A stretch of 51,289 nucleotides of DNA, filler included, from Stramenopiles sp. TOSAG23-6 (GCA_900128565.1; 2 parts of 2 records of this genome joined end to end with filler, not necessarily neighbours in it); one strand, 5' to 3'. Positions 15,001 to 28,748 are shown, numbered from the whole stretch's first letter. The notes: generated by a model from the sequence alone, not told the origin. Numbers and translations: made by a program.

Positions 15001-18000
15001 GTTTGGTATATTGATCGAAATGTCCCCACTTGATGTCAACGCACCAAAACCAGTACTTAGTTGTAGTTTCCCACCAGATAAACTTCCGTTTCCTGACTGA
15101 ATAAGCACATCTCCACCATTGCCTTTATTATTTACTCCTGTGGCAACCAGAATAGAACTTCCTTGGTCCATGTCTGAATTCCCTGTCTTGAAATGAATAG
15201 ACCCGGAATAACTTTCACTTGACAAACCAGTCTTTAAAGTTAATGTGCCCGATGCAGTAGATATTTTACCTGTACCTGCACCTGATTTCATTGATGAAAT
15301 AAAAATATCGCCACTATTCGTCTCTTGGCCTAGACCAGATATAACCGCAATTTCACCACCCGTAGAGGAACTCTTTGTATTTCCACTTCTAATATCAACG
15401 TTGCCTTCTTGTACAGTTGAACTTTCACCACTCCCAACAACGATGCTGATAGATCCGGATACTTCTGAAGATGATGATAGACCTGACTTCAGTAGAATAT
15501 TTCCACCACTCCCATTCATTTGATTCGATTTTCCACTCTGGAGTGAGATATTTCCAGTAGCTCCTGCTTCTACATCTGTATTTGATGTTTCAATAATCAA
15601 GTTTCCACTGGATTCTTGCATACCTTGACCACTGTGTAGTTGTATATTACCCCCGGAGGACGAAGTCGAAGTTCCAGCATGAATGGCTACATTAGCACCA
15701 TATTGCATCCCATTTCCAGCTTTCACACTTATGGGACTACTTTTTCCATAAGCAGGACTATCCGAAGTTGCTATTAATATAGATCCAGAGTGTGGCCCTC
15801 CTTCGACCTTACCAGTATTAATTTGAATTGTTCCACTATTTCCTTTGATACCTGCTTGTTTTGTCATGATGTCAAAGTTTCCACTTGATGTGTTTGAACC
15901 GACACCAGTGTTTAGCAGTATCGTTCCACCACTTTGCAGAGTGGAGCTTCCTCCATTAAGAGCAATCGTACCCTTAGGATTTGAATGCGAGCCAGAAGAT
16001 GAACCAGCATCCAAAATGATTTGGCCTCCTCTACCGGTGATTGCTTTGCTCGTAGCTACATATATATGACCACTAGATAATTTACCACTTTTAACTTTCC
16101 CTGTATTAATGCTTATAGTGCCACTGTTTGCGTTGCCACCAGAACCAGCGGTGGGTGACATCACAGTCACAGCACCACTTGACGAAGCATTACCTTTTCC
16201 ACTTTTTACTACAACTTCACCACCACGCTGTGCTTCAGTATTTCCTGATGAAATTAAAACACTACCACCAGAAGAATATAATTTATTGGATTCCCCGACA
16301 GTCACTTCAATATCTCCTGATTTCCCTTTTATTGTTTTTCCTGTCATGAGGGCAATCCCCGTTTTTGAAGAAGTTGTTGAAAGAGAATGTTTTCCAGTTT
16401 GAATTACAATATTGCCACTTATACCAGCTGCATCTGCTTTTGGAGTACTCATAGTTAGATTCCCACTGGTAGACCCCTTATCTATGCTTTTTCCTGTTTC
16501 AATTTCAATATTTCCAGAAACCGAATTTTCTGCAGAAGTTGATCCAGATTGAACCTTTACTACATTTGCATTTCTTTCAGTTCCGCCAGATACTGAAATA
16601 GTTATATTACCACTCAAGCCCTCTGAAGATGAACCCGTTTGGATCAAAACATTCGAAGAAAAACCAGATGCTGTATTTCCTGAAGTTATTTTAACATCTC
16701 CTGTATGTCCTCTATCAAGACTAGTTGCACTACCCAGTTTCAGGTCACCTGAATTTTTCAGATCTCTATCAATATTTGAATCTATTCTTGGAGAAGAAGA
16801 AATTACGACATTACCACCATTTGCCGAAGTTTCCTCTGTAATACCAGCAATCATTTGTAAACTACCACCATCTTTATTTACAAAACCATCGCCCGACTGT
16901 ACAATAATATTACCAGTTGATGATGAACTTGCTCCTATGGGAGCACTAGATACTATAATATCAATTGCATTAGAATGACCTGATATTGTATTTCCAGTAG
17001 TCAGTGTTGTATCCCCACTCGCCCCTTTTTGTCCGCCATTTGCCGACGACATTTGAATATTGCCGCTAGTTGAGTCTTCACCTCCACTAAGACCACTCTT
17101 TATATCGATAGTTCCACCATAACTATTCGAACCACTTGACCCGACTACTTTACCAGATTCTATAGTTAAAGAATTGCCTGTGCCTGTATTTCCATTTCCG
17201 GCACTTGCAGTGATGTTTCCACCAGATCCATTTGTAGAATTACCACTAAATAATGAAACATGACCAGAATCTAAAGCATTGCCACTGCGGAGAACAATAT
17301 TTCCAGAGGGAACCTTGGTTGTAGCAGAAACCCTTTTTTCGGTATTTGAAGAAGCAATGAGCAGATCCCCACTATTCAAGGAATACGAACTTCCTGTCTG
17401 TAACAGAGCTTCACCAGATGGGTCGCGATTGAAACTTTGGCCTGTACCAATTTGAATTTTCCCACTTCTCCCATATATACCAGCTGAAGAACTTTTTATA
17501 ACCATCATACCACTCGAAGTCGACCGACTCAAACCAGTCTGCATAACTACAGATCCTCCAGATAGTGACTCGTCATCTGATATTGCACCAGCCTTCATGC
17601 TGAAAGTGGCACCGTTTTTTGTATCACCCGCACCAACCTGGTACATAATACTACCGGCTGATCCTACAGTAGCACTTCCTGTTGATATTTGCAAGGTCCC
17701 AGTATTTCCATTTGTCGTATTACCTGAGTATATATTTACATAACCACTATTTTCTCCATCGTTGTCTCGGTGATTTGAATTTAGAATAACATTTTTCTCG
17801 CCATTAAATCGAAGAGTTCCTGCTTGTATCTCTAATGTTGACTTTTCATCAAATGCTGAATCAAGAAGAATATTCCCTCCTTCAAGTGTTACCTTGCCGC
17901 GCCGTCGAGTTGAAGATGCAGCCTGGCCAGTCATAATTTGGATACCACCCGAGTCTTTCATTGCAATTCCATCTCCTGTATGAAATATAATTTCACCACT

Positions 18001-21000
18001 AATACCAGCTGTCCCAGAGTCTTCTGTTTTAACCTGTATATCCCCACTTGATGACATCAAACTTTTCCCAGTAGTTAATGAAATATCACCCCCCTTTCTC
18101 CTCCTATCAATCATTGGAATGTCGCCAGCATTTATTGTAAAGTTTCCTCCGAATGTGTCAACTAGTTTACCTTTACCAACATACAATTCAATGCTATTAG
18201 GGGGCTTATTTATAAAGACATCTTTCTTTGACTTCTGACTATCTCCCGTTTCAAGTAAAATATTTCCACTACTTCCACCACGAGTTGATTCATCTGATTT
18301 CACAGAAACTCCTGTCATGAGCTCAATTTTTCCACTTGAACCTACTGTAGCTGCCCCAGATTTAATAGTAATCGTCCCACTAGCATTGCCATCAGCAAAT
18401 CCATATTTTCCAGAATTCTCTGTGTGTAAAATGATGCTTCCACTACTTGTTCCTTTTGAAAATCCAGAATTTAATTGAACACGACCTCCACTAGAATTCT
18501 CTCTATCAGTTGCGACGCCAGCTACTACGGTGAAGCTACCACCTTTTACAGATTCTTTGTTTCCACCACCTACAATTAAGTGAATGTCACCCGCTTTAGG
18601 AGAGTCAGATTCAAATATTAATCTCTCCATATCCGTAGACCCAGTTGAGAGTGAGAGTGACCCAGACGATGATTCCTTTTTAGTTGATGAACCGGTTGCA
18701 ATTTGAACGAAACCCGAAACTCCTTCACTTGATTTTAATGCATTTCTTGTTGCAATAGAAATGTTTCCACTTGAAGTTTTCTGTGACATTCCTGATACAA
18801 GTCTTATTGAACCCCCAGATACACCACCAAGTCCAGTATTACCCCCAGCAAGTTTTAAGGCACCTGCAGAACTAAGATGACTATCACCAGCAGAAATTGC
18901 CACTTTTCCTGCTGTACCTAGGATTGAATTTCCAGTGACAAAAGACAAAAGACCAGAGCTTCCTTTACTTGAAGTTCCCGTACTTATCATAATATTACCG
19001 GATTCGCCATTTTTTCCAGAATTTACCGTTGTAAGGCTAATATTACCCGACGAGCTACTTTCGCTGTAACCTGCTTCTAAAGAAACTTGTCCACCTGTTT
19101 CTCCATATGACGTGTCTACCGAACCTTGGATTTGACCCGCTTTCACTATTATGTCGCCTCCCCTTTTTTTTAAACCCTTTCCTACGGTTATTGAAATATT
19201 ACCACCAACGTGAGAAGCGGAGCCAGAATACATTAATAATGATCCAGAATCTTCATTGGGTGCTTCACCAGTACTTATAGAAATATCCCCGCTACTTCCA
19301 GATGTACCTGAATTGGCCGTTTGTACATGAAACGAGCCACTACTTGAAAGTATTTGTGTCCCCGTAGTTATATCAATTGCACCACCGTTCTTTGTAAGCG
19401 ATGTGCTATCTTTAGTATGCCCAGCACTTATAGAGACTTTTCCCCCGTCACCACTTTTATTAAGAGAAGTGCCAACATTGAGCAAAATATCTCCTCCAGC
19501 GCCTTTTGCTGCAGTATTGGTCTCAAGAGAAATTATACCACTACCTCTGGTCTTGGTGGAACCAGTGGATATTGTTGCGTCACCACTTACTCCTTGTTTA
19601 CCTGCATTTGCAGTATTTAAAAATAAAGTTCCACTGTGCAATTCGTCAGAGAAACCCGTCGTCACTTTAATCAACCCACCGACTGAATTACCCTTAGTAT
19701 CTGTATCTCCTGCTGAAATGTTCAAAAATCCGCCCTCGTTTTTGTGTGATATTCCAACAGCCACGCGTTGGTCGCCACCTTTACCATCAGCTGAGGTTCC
19801 AGTTGATAGTAAAAGATCCCCAGATGATGCATGTGCATCACCAGTGTAGATATTTATACTACCACTACCACCTTTATGACCAGATGGCGCGGTTTCTAAT
19901 GTTATTTCACCGCTAGACCTTTTAGAAGAATATCCTGAAATCATTTCAACTAATCCACCTCTACTACTAGTTTTTATATTACCTGCATTCAATTCGATGC
20001 GCCCCCCTTCTTTTGCGGATGCGCTACCGACAGATGCAAGAATATCACCCGCATGACCAAGCTGAGATGAATCACTCAAAATTGATATCTTGCCGCTTGG
20101 ACCATTTTTAGAAGATTTGCTACCTATGCGAATCGATCCACTCTCGCCACTTTTTGTCAAATGCAATGCACCGTTTTGTGTTGCAAGGATAACTTCCCCA
20201 CTCGATGTAGTGAAACTTTTGCCAGATATTACATTTAATTCACCACCTCTAGTATGACTATTTGATGTACCACCTGTGAGAAATAAATCGCCGCCTACGT
20301 CAGCGATTTTATCAAGACTACCATATGTATTACCCGCACGAAAGTGTACCGAACCTCCAACAGCATTTCCGATATCTTTGGTGCTCAATGTATTACCACC
20401 TTGAATAGCGATTTTACCTCCTACAGCTGCTTCCGCGGTAGTGTCTCCAGCATTGCCAACAATTTCACCACCTTCATTTGTGTCCCCTTTTCCCAAAGTG
20501 ACAGAGTAGTCACCACCGTGCCCATTGACACTAGTACCACTTGTAAACTTCATTAATCCAGTTGGACCCAGAGAAGAACTTCCAGTCGTGATGTGAATTG
20601 TACCAGACACGCCTTTTTCTCCAGCATGGGTAGTGTCAATGTATATGTTGCCAGAGTGCCGTTGGACTCCAGAACCTGAGGTTAAACTGATATCACCACC
20701 GGACCTGGCTTTGCTTGTTGTATTTCCGGCATTCATGGTAATAATTCCACCTGATTTTGTGTCACCAGAGCCAACAATTACATCAATATCTCCAGCATGT
20801 TTATCTGTAGAATCACCAGTAGTAAATACAATATAACCAGAATTACCGTTTGATGAAGTTCCTGTGCGTAAATGTATATGTCCAGATACACCTTTATCTC
20901 CTGAATTTACAGTCGATAGAATAATAGAACCGCTTGTTGAAGCTTTCCCAGTACCAGATAAAAGTGTTATCTCTCCCCCAGTTCCTCCAGCAGATTTTCC

Positions 21001-24000
21001 AGGCTCCAAATTAATGATGCCCCCTTGGTTGTCTCTCTTTGTACTATATCCATGTCCCCCAGATAAGATGACATCACCACCAGAACTTTTATAATCATCA
21101 GCAAGACCATGTCCTCCACTCACTTTAACATCTCCTCCTTTAATGCGTTTATTAAACAAAGCTTTATTCGTGTCACCAGCTTGGATATTTACTTGCTGTC
21201 CTGTCTTTTGCCCTTGATTTACAGTAAGAGAAATCGCACCAGAAAATCCATATTTAGCTTCCGATGTGTGAATTCGAATGCTTCCACTATCCTTCGATTT
21301 CTTCAGAGATGCAGATCCAGTTGATATTTGTATTTGACCACTATTTCCTCCGCGGTCATAGCCTGCATTTCTAGTAGATATTATAAGTGGTCCACTATCA
21401 GCCTTTGTGGCATACCCAGTGATTAACGCAATATGACCTCCTGTTCCTTGTACGGCATTGGCAGCAGAGAGTAAAATACTACCCCCTTTTTCGTTGCGAG
21501 AAGTGCCACTAGCAACCCCACCATCAATCGTTACAGTACCTCCACCACCACCTTTTAGCTTACTCAGGGAGCCCATACCACCTCTTATATTAATGTCACC
21601 ACCAAATCCTTTGGGTGATTCTGTATTTCCTGCTTCTAGATAAAATTTACCACCCTCATCACTATTACCATCGCCAACTAGAAGAACAATTGAACCTCCA
21701 TTACCCTTATTTGCTTCACCAGTGACTGTTTTTATTGAACCGGAAGTTCCACCTGTTGCAAATCCAGTATTAATTCCAACAAGTCCACTAGAGCCTTGTA
21801 TTCCCCCAGTGTCAGTTCCAAAACTGACATCACCTGACGAAACAGTCCTGGATGATCCAGATGTTAACGATATTTTCCCACCTTGACCTTTTTTATCAGA
21901 AACGATACCACCAGATAATATTTGAATCATTCCACCAATATCGCCATCATTACTATCACCAACAATAGCACTTATGCTACCACCATGGTTACCTTTAGCC
22001 TTGCCAGTGCTAAGTCGCACATATCCTGATGCTCCAAGTGAAGCATCACCAGTTGTGATATTAATACGATTGCTGCTACCTTTTTGTCCACTACTAACAG
22101 TCAATAATTCAATGTGGCCACTTGATGTATCGGCACCATATCCACTAAGGAATATCATACTACCACCTGAGCCATTTGCAGCAGCTCCACCATTTAATTG
22201 CAATGACCCACCAATGTCTCTTGTTGGATTAGGACTTTGACCCTTTGCAATACCTGCAGTAAAAATGATATCTCCACCATTGCCTCCATCAATATATGAT
22301 TCTGATATCCCTGATCCACCGATAATTTGTACTTTTCCGCCAGTTTTTTTTGAAGAAGAAGTCTCACCAGCAACAAACACGGCACTACCTCCGTCTTTGT
22401 CACTATTTCCAATGGTCAACGTAAAACCCCCACCAGCACCATTATTTGCTTTACCAGTTTGCATTGAAAATTTCCCTGTAGTACCAGCACTGGATGTTCC
22501 TGTGGTTATACTAATTGCTCCACTCCCACCACCTTTCACTCCAGAAACACCACCAGAACCCGAATTTGTATTTTCACCTGCATTAGGTGTAGATATAAAG
22601 ATATTACCGGATGATGTGTAACTAGAATAACCCACATTTAAAGTAATTTCTCCACCAGTATTATGATCGAAAATATTTCCACTTTTTATAGATATGTGTC
22701 CACCTTCAGCAAACGAACCCTTTCCTACTTGAACTTGTACATACCCTGCAGCTCCTCCAGTGGATTGACCTGTACTCATGTATATTTGACCAGAAGAGCC
22801 AGCAGTAGTTGTGCCAGTCTCGAGGTTCATTGTACCAGAAATACCTTGTACACCCGCATTTCCTGTAGCAAATGCAAACACACCAGAGTTTTTCTCAGTA
22901 CTAACACCCGATGCCATTAATAATGATCCACCGTAACCCATGAAAGATTTACCACCTTTGATATCAGTATTTCCAGCATTGTCATCGTTTGTGGAACCTT
23001 TGGCATTTCCACCAATAATTTCAATAATTCCACCATCTCCACCATCGTAAGTGTGTGTACTACTACCTACACCTCCAAATAATGCAATATTTCCGCCAAT
23101 ACCTTCATCACCACTTGCAGTACCTGCTCGATAAATGATACTATCACCTACTGATGACATTCCGTCACCAACGGCAAAAGTCAAGTCCCCTCCACGACCA
23201 TCTTTGGCGAATCCTGTTTGTAACATTATTGCACCTGAATTTGAACTCGAATTTGTACCCGTTGACAATGATATTAAACCAGTGGACTTTACCGAATCTG
23301 CAGTAAAAAGATCAATATTTCCTCCAACTCTGTCTCTGCTTTCCCCGGACTTCATACGGATAGTCCCGGATTGACCATATGAAGCGGTGCCACCTTGGAC
23401 AATCAAAGTACCACCATTATCTCCAACATATGATCCTCGCGAAATACCAGAAGTCAGTTTAACAACTCCTCCACGCCCACCACTATAACCGTCTGTGTAT
23501 AAAGTTTCATCACTTGCACCTTCACCACCATCGAGTAAAATAGCCCCACCAGATGTGGATACTGCAGAAGAATCACCAGCTGATATTGTGACTTCATTAC
23601 CATTTGTTATATCTGCAGCCCCTACTCGCATTTCTATAGTACCTGATTTGCCGTCCCGACTGAAACCTGTAGCTATATTTATAGTACCGGTACTTCCACC
23701 AGTAGATTTCCCAGTCAGGACACCCAATGTGCCACTTGATCCAATGATGCCAGCGTCATTTGAAGCAATCACAACTCTACCGCTAGAAGTAGCGGTACCT
23801 TCTCCAGAGCGCAAAATAATCGAGCCACTAGCACCCATCTCATTTGTACCTGCATCTATTTGAATTCCACCAGCGACACCATCAGTAGAACTTCCAGCAA
23901 TGGCAACTACATTACCTCCTTTACCAAATCCCGCTGAACTTTCTGCTTTGCCACCCGAAACAACAACTTTCCCACCAACACTTGAATTATCAGCACCTCC

Positions 24001-25622
24001 AACACCCCCTACAATACTGATTTTACCCCCACTTTGTGAGTTCACAGTTCCTTTACCAGAGTTTACAAAGACATTACCACCTTCACGACTACCCGGCCCA
24101 GGTTGTAATTCGATATCACCTGGTCTACCTGTAACTGCATCACCTGTATTAAATATAATGTTACCCGAGTCACCTAAAATAGTCTTACCAGTAAATAACT
24201 TAGTAGCACCAGACGCAGACACAGCAACATTTGATTCAATAGATATAGTACCACTTGAAGTTGTGACAGATTTACCAGATGTTAGTGAAACTTTTCCACC
24301 AGATGATGAGTGAGATAATTGACTTGTTGTAGCACCTGCTTTCAAATATATTGAGGATCCTCCATTGATGTGAACATTCCCTCCTTTTACAGTACCTGAA
24401 TTTCCAGAGATAATGGATATTTTCCCTGTATCATATGAACTTGTACTATCACCAGAGAAAATTGATAGTGTACCAGAATCAGTGTCTTCAAGTGCATCCG
24501 CTGAAGATACGACTACGTCGTTGCTGCCATCATCGATTCCATTACCAGAAAATATGTTAATCGCACCACCTTTGCCTTTTGTTGCTCCACCTCCTTCAAT
24601 ATTGATCGCACCTCCATTATCTGTGACTGATGAACCATGAGACCGACCTCCTTGTATATTAGTCGTACCACCAGAGGATGAACCTCCAGCTTTTATAGAA
24701 AGCATTCCACCAATTGCTCCTTTTGCATACGCATTACCTGGCTTGAGATTTATTTCTCCACCCATTTTTGCAAAACTTACTTGAAGGGAAATATTCCCAG
24801 ATTGAGAAAAAATACCGTTACCAGTGCGTATATGTATACCCCCACCTTTGTTTTCAGTAGATGATGAATTTCCCGATATCACTTCAATTGAACCACTNNN
24901 NNNNNNNNNNNNNNNNNNNNNNNNNNNNNNNNNNNNNNNNNNNNNNNNNNNNNNGAACCTCCAGAGAGTAATAGTATACTTCCACCTACTGCATTTGATG
25001 CTTCACTGAATGTACGACCACCTGTAAATTCTATATTGCTTCCAATTGTGTTACTATCTCCACTTTTTAAATATATATCTCCTGACTTATTGATAGAATT
25101 TGAGATATTTCCTGTACGAAAAGTAAGATTTCCAGATGAATCTGATTTTGAAGTACCTGTCGAGAAAGACACTGTACCACTGGTAGTATTAGCAGAAGCA
25201 GATTCTATTAGTATATCTCCACTTGAAGTAGAAAGTCCAAGTCCACCAATCATAACAATCTTACCACCTCTTCCATTTTTAGCATTAGTTATTCCACCAC
25301 GAAATAAAATTTCTCCACCAATACCATCACCTTTTGCTTCGCCAGCTTGAACGAGGATTTCACCACCATTTCCAGCGTCTTGTTCATTAGAACTTCCATA
25401 TCCTTTCCCAGCTCTAATATGCACACTACCGCTAGATCCTCTATCAGCATGCATACCACTTCCAGCACGCATAATGACATCACTAGCAATCGTTTTATCA
25501 AGTTGAATATTTCCAGCAGATAGATCAATATCACCTGCTGACTCCAAGCCAAATGCAAAATTGTCAAGACGCATTTCGAATGTTTCACTGCTAACTGTAT
25601 CTGACTCAGTTTTTGATCCAGC
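1..25622 (-). CDS. Giant Gly/Ser/Thr/Ile repeat protein (>8,500 aa, partial at both ends), predicted beta-helical fibre with an internal Peptidase_S74 domain
   Basis: The minus frame with codons starting at positions divisible by 3 reads coherently wherever I translated it between 24897 and 1 (8,299 codons). The ORF track reports no stop-bounded ORF in that frame, and the Pro-rich plus-strand shadow ORFs keep one frame throughout. The same repeat continues at 24955-25622 in another frame across a 57-N gap. Example: GGKISLTSGSSRTVSSGDVSFGTDTGGIQGSSGLVGINTGFATGGTSG. Confidence 0.9.
9670..9996 (-). other. Peptidase_S74 / intramolecular chaperone autocleavage (ICA) domain inside the giant CDS
   Basis: Translation VSDERIKKNIENQDVDSILQRLQDLKMKKYRYTPDW...RGIIAQQVKSIFPEHV...EVDKIAITMDLLSALQSV matches the S-D-x-R-x-K-x-N-I, Y-x-Y, G-x-I-A-Q-x-V-x-x-x-x-P-E-x-V and terminal helix pattern of phage tailspike chaperones and MYRF. 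The putative catalytic Ser codon is at 9993-9991. Confidence 0.88.
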
Positions 25623-25722
25623 NNNNNNNNNNNNNNNNNNNNNNNNNNNNNNNNNNNNNNNNNNNNTTAATTAATTAANNNNNNNNNNNNNNNNNNNNNN
25701 NNNNNNNNNNNNNNNNNNNNNN
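25623..25722. other. Artificial contig-joining spacer
   Basis: Exactly 44 N + TTAATTAATTAA (stops in all six frames) + 44 N = 100 bp. Confidence 0.95.
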
Positions 25723-25777
25723 TTTTGTACCTAACAAATTTAAGTTTTTTTTTTTCAAATATTTTTCCAAAATACAT
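25723..25777 (+). other. GT-AT family intron 1 (5' end truncated by contig edge)
   Basis: TTTTGTACCTAAC...ATATTTTTCCAAAATACAT, followed by an open frame that runs into ORF 25835-26308. An AG 4 nt further downstream cannot be excluded as the acceptor. Confidence 0.7.
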
Positions 25778-26308
25778 ATAGCTTTTGAAGGGGAAGTAGC
25801 AATAACCTCTAATAGTAATGAATCTAACCCTAATTTGAGAAAAAGTAGCTTGAAACGTCGTATTAGCGCGGTTCAAGATGCTGTCGGAGGATCACTTTCG
25901 AGTCCGATATTAGGTCCAGCCTCGCTAGCGAGAAGCCTTGCACAAATTGGAACGCCTGGCAATAGTGAAGGTAGTAAAAGCACTGAAGGTACGGAAGGTA
26001 GTGAACAAGAAAAAGATAATTTTATGCTGTCAGACAGTTCTACATCTAAAGATAAAATGGATGAAGCTTTACATATCCTTGGTAAGAAAAGAAAACATAT
26101 GCTTGAAGATGAATGTGCTAGTAGCCAACAAACTATTGGTGGAGACTTAGAGAAAACTCTTTCCCCTAGAAACAGTATGAAAAGATTAAAAAGTGATGAT
26201 ACCAATCATTCGTTAGGTACAAAATTTAGTCCTAAAAAATATTTATTTGAAAATAGCCCAACAAAGAAACCAAAACTAAGAAAGATGAGATCGTGGTCAA
26301 TTCCGTGA
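25778..26308 (+). CDS. Terminal exon of an unknown Ser/Lys-rich protein (partial)
   Basis: Open frame from the intron end (IAFEGEVAITSNSNESNPNLRKSSLKRR...) to TGA at 26308. No family recognised. Confidence 0.55.
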   Translation: MAFEGEVAITSNSNESNPNLRKSSLKRRISAVQDAVGGSLSSPILGPASLARSLAQIGTPGNSEGSKSTEGTEGSEQEKDNFMLSDSSTSKDKMDEALHILGKKRKHMLEDECASSQQTIGGDLEKTLSPRNSMKRLKSDDTNHSLGTKFSPKKYLFENSPTKKPKLRKMRSWSIP

Positions 26309-26621
26309 AATGTTTGCATGGATAAGCTTTCCAAGTACTCCAAGATGACCCTTCCGTTAATATTCAAGTAAATTGGAATATTTGTGACTGGCAGATTGTC
26401 CAAAATACATATATTGCTTTTTTATAGCTCCTTGATGACACCTGCATATATAATATAATCCGGATAAAGTCTTTAGTTAGAATTAAGAAACTACGACTTT
26501 TATTATAACAAAAAGCTCTACTTATTACGCTTCTTACTAGTAAATTAAAAAAAAAATAATAATTAAAAAACAAAATGAATCCGAATAAATTTATTTTTTA
26601 AAAAAAGGTGAAGATAAAGTC

Positions 26622-26724
26622 AGAATGTGTCATTTCACTCCGTTTACTATTGTTTTGCTTACTTTTGTAATGAAGAATGTGTCATTTCACTCCGTTTACT
26701 ATTGGTTTGCTTACTTTTGTAATG
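26622..26724. repeat. 52-bp tandem duplication in a convergent intergenic / 3' UTR region
   Basis: AGAATGTGTCATTTCACTCCGTTTACTATTGkTTTGCTTACTTTTGTAATG occurs twice, at 26622 and 26674. Confidence 0.9.
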
Positions 26725-26755
26725 TATTGACTTTGTTTTTATGAGTTTTATGAGT

Positions 26756-28748
26756 TCACTTGAACTTTCTTCTTTCAATTTCATTTACAGCAGATATTGC
26801 CGCTGCTGTATCTAATCTGTAATCGCTTTTATTTCCAATACCATTTTTTCCTTCTTGAGTTGCATCATTGTTAAAACTTTCATACACTGCTTCAATAGCA
26901 TCTGCAGTAGATGGTCGATAATCCGAATTTGTGAACTGATTTGTTCCATCTGTATGAGTCGTTGACGTAACATTGTTAAAATGCTGGTTTTCCATAAAAG
27001 CAGACCACAATGTGAAAAGAACATGGAGACCTTCGACAGTTCCGTTTCCTGGCCCTCCACCTTTTCTACTTGGGCTTTTGCCTCCATTTGATTTTCCATT
27101 TCGTTGATGTACCGGAATATCCAACAGTGCACATGCCATCCTACTCATTTGAGTCAAATCTAAATCAAGGTCAGCAAGTTTTGGAAATTTTGTTTTCACT
27201 AAAGTTTCTTCAAATTTTGCAGGCCATACTTGCATTAGTGTATCAATATCTGGCATTGGACCACTATAATGAACAGTTGGGCGTGGTTTAGTGCGATGCA
27301 TTTTTTCCACATTTTCTATCCATTGAGCAAGTTTCGCAGCACCTTCAGTATCTGCGCGTTCAATGGAATCGACGCGTAAGTCTTCCAATTGTTTTCTATG
27401 AGTTTTTGATTGAGAGCGCAGTTGCATGGATAGAACGGCAGAATCAGATTGTGCTGTCGCAGGTTCATCAAGTACACAAAATCCAGGTAATGCGCCTGTC
27501 AGACGTTTCCTCTCTTCTATAACAGTATTGGCTTCAACATCTCTAGGATTTCCTGAATTTGATGAAGATTTTCCCTCCTTAACCTTTTCCTCATCTCCAG
27601 ACTTATCTGATTGATCTTCTGTCAAAATTTGGGGTAGCCTTGGTTTGACAAAACAATCAATCTCTCCTATCGTTGGAATAAAATCTGGAACGAAACATTT
27701 GAGAGAAGATTCTAAAGCTACTTTTGGAGGCTTATACACCGTAATATATGAAAACAATTCTTTGATTTCAGCGGATACTTGAAGTTTTGCGTATGCTTCA
27801 GGGTTATATAAGAGACTTTTGTCAATTCCTGCATCATGACCCTTTTTTCCTTCGTTTTCATCGGATGAAGAGAGCGAGTCATCGGAAAGACCAGAAGATC
27901 CTGAAGTGGACGCAGATTCCGAGGAGATATGTATTGTGAAAAAAAACAAAATAAAAAATTGTTAGGTACAAAATTTGGTACGCAAAAAACTAAAATTAAA
28001 ATTCATGATGAAAACGTACATTTACACCTTGTCTCTTTTCTTTTTTACTTAATCCAGCCGACATTTTCAGTTTATTATCCAATTGACCAGATTTTACACG
28101 AAAATTGTTGGATCCACCTTTTGTGCTGATATTAGAATTATTTTTTTCACGAGAACCTAGTGGGGTCTCTACACTCATCATGCTTTCGGACATACTCCCA
28201 TCAAGAGACGCCGCTTCATCGTACTTATTATTTTTTATCTTTCGATTTCCGCCTTTACTCGATTTATCTCCTCCACTGAGACTACTACCACTAGAATGCT
28301 CATCATCGGAGGATGATATATGCTCCTTTCCTTCTCCTAATGAGCTCATACGCATACCAGTAGCGTTGGTTGCCATAGTGGAGGAAGATAATTCTAGAGC
28401 CTCATCAAAGTGTTGATTCCTAATAATTCCTCCTGTATCATTTTTACCTTCCATGCCAATACTATTTTTATTTCTTTTTGGAGAATTCATCGTATTCGTT
28501 GTAAGCATTGTCGATGAAGAAAGCTCAAGCGCTTCGTCATACTGTTGGTTTTGTACAGAAGTTGATTTGGTTTCAGCTATTTCCGGTTCAACTTTTGTTT
28601 TTGCTTCGGTAAAAGACTCCTCGAAACCGAATTCGTTGTCACTACTACCGCTACTGTCACTACTAAAGCCTAGCCCGCCACGATCGTTGACTCCAATAGG
28701 ATCATCACCTAATCCAGAGCTACTACTATCACTACTATCATCACTCAT
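26756..28748 (-). CDS. IFT46: Intraflagellar transport protein 46 (exons 28748-28020, 27928-26756; 633 aa)
   Basis: YNPEAYAKLQVSAEIKELFSYI, LKCFVPDFIPTIGEIDCFVK, VLDEPATAQSDSAVL, VHYSGPMPDIDTLMQVWP and LHVLFTLWSAFMENQHF match the IFT46 core. The N-terminus is acidic and Ser-rich. Confidence 0.92.
27929..28019 (-). other. GT-AT family intron 2 (91 nt)
   Basis: AAT|GTACGTTTTC...TTTTGTACCTAAC...TTCACAATACAT|ATC joins the two IFT46 ORFs in frame. Confidence 0.85.

Noticed and set aside
24898-24954. Frame change within the giant CDS
   Set aside because: It falls across a 57-N scaffold gap whose length is only an estimate, so it is not evidence of a real frameshift.
311-25350. Dozens of Pro/Ile/Ser-rich plus-strand ORFs and short minus-strand ORFs
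   Set aside because: They are shadows of the giant minus-strand CDS; its Gly codons read as Pro on the opposite strand, in one constant frame.
25667-25678. TTAATTAATTAA palindrome as a biological site (e.g. piggyBac TTAA target)
   Set aside because: It is flanked symmetrically by 44 N on each side, i.e. a synthetic six-frame-stop linker.
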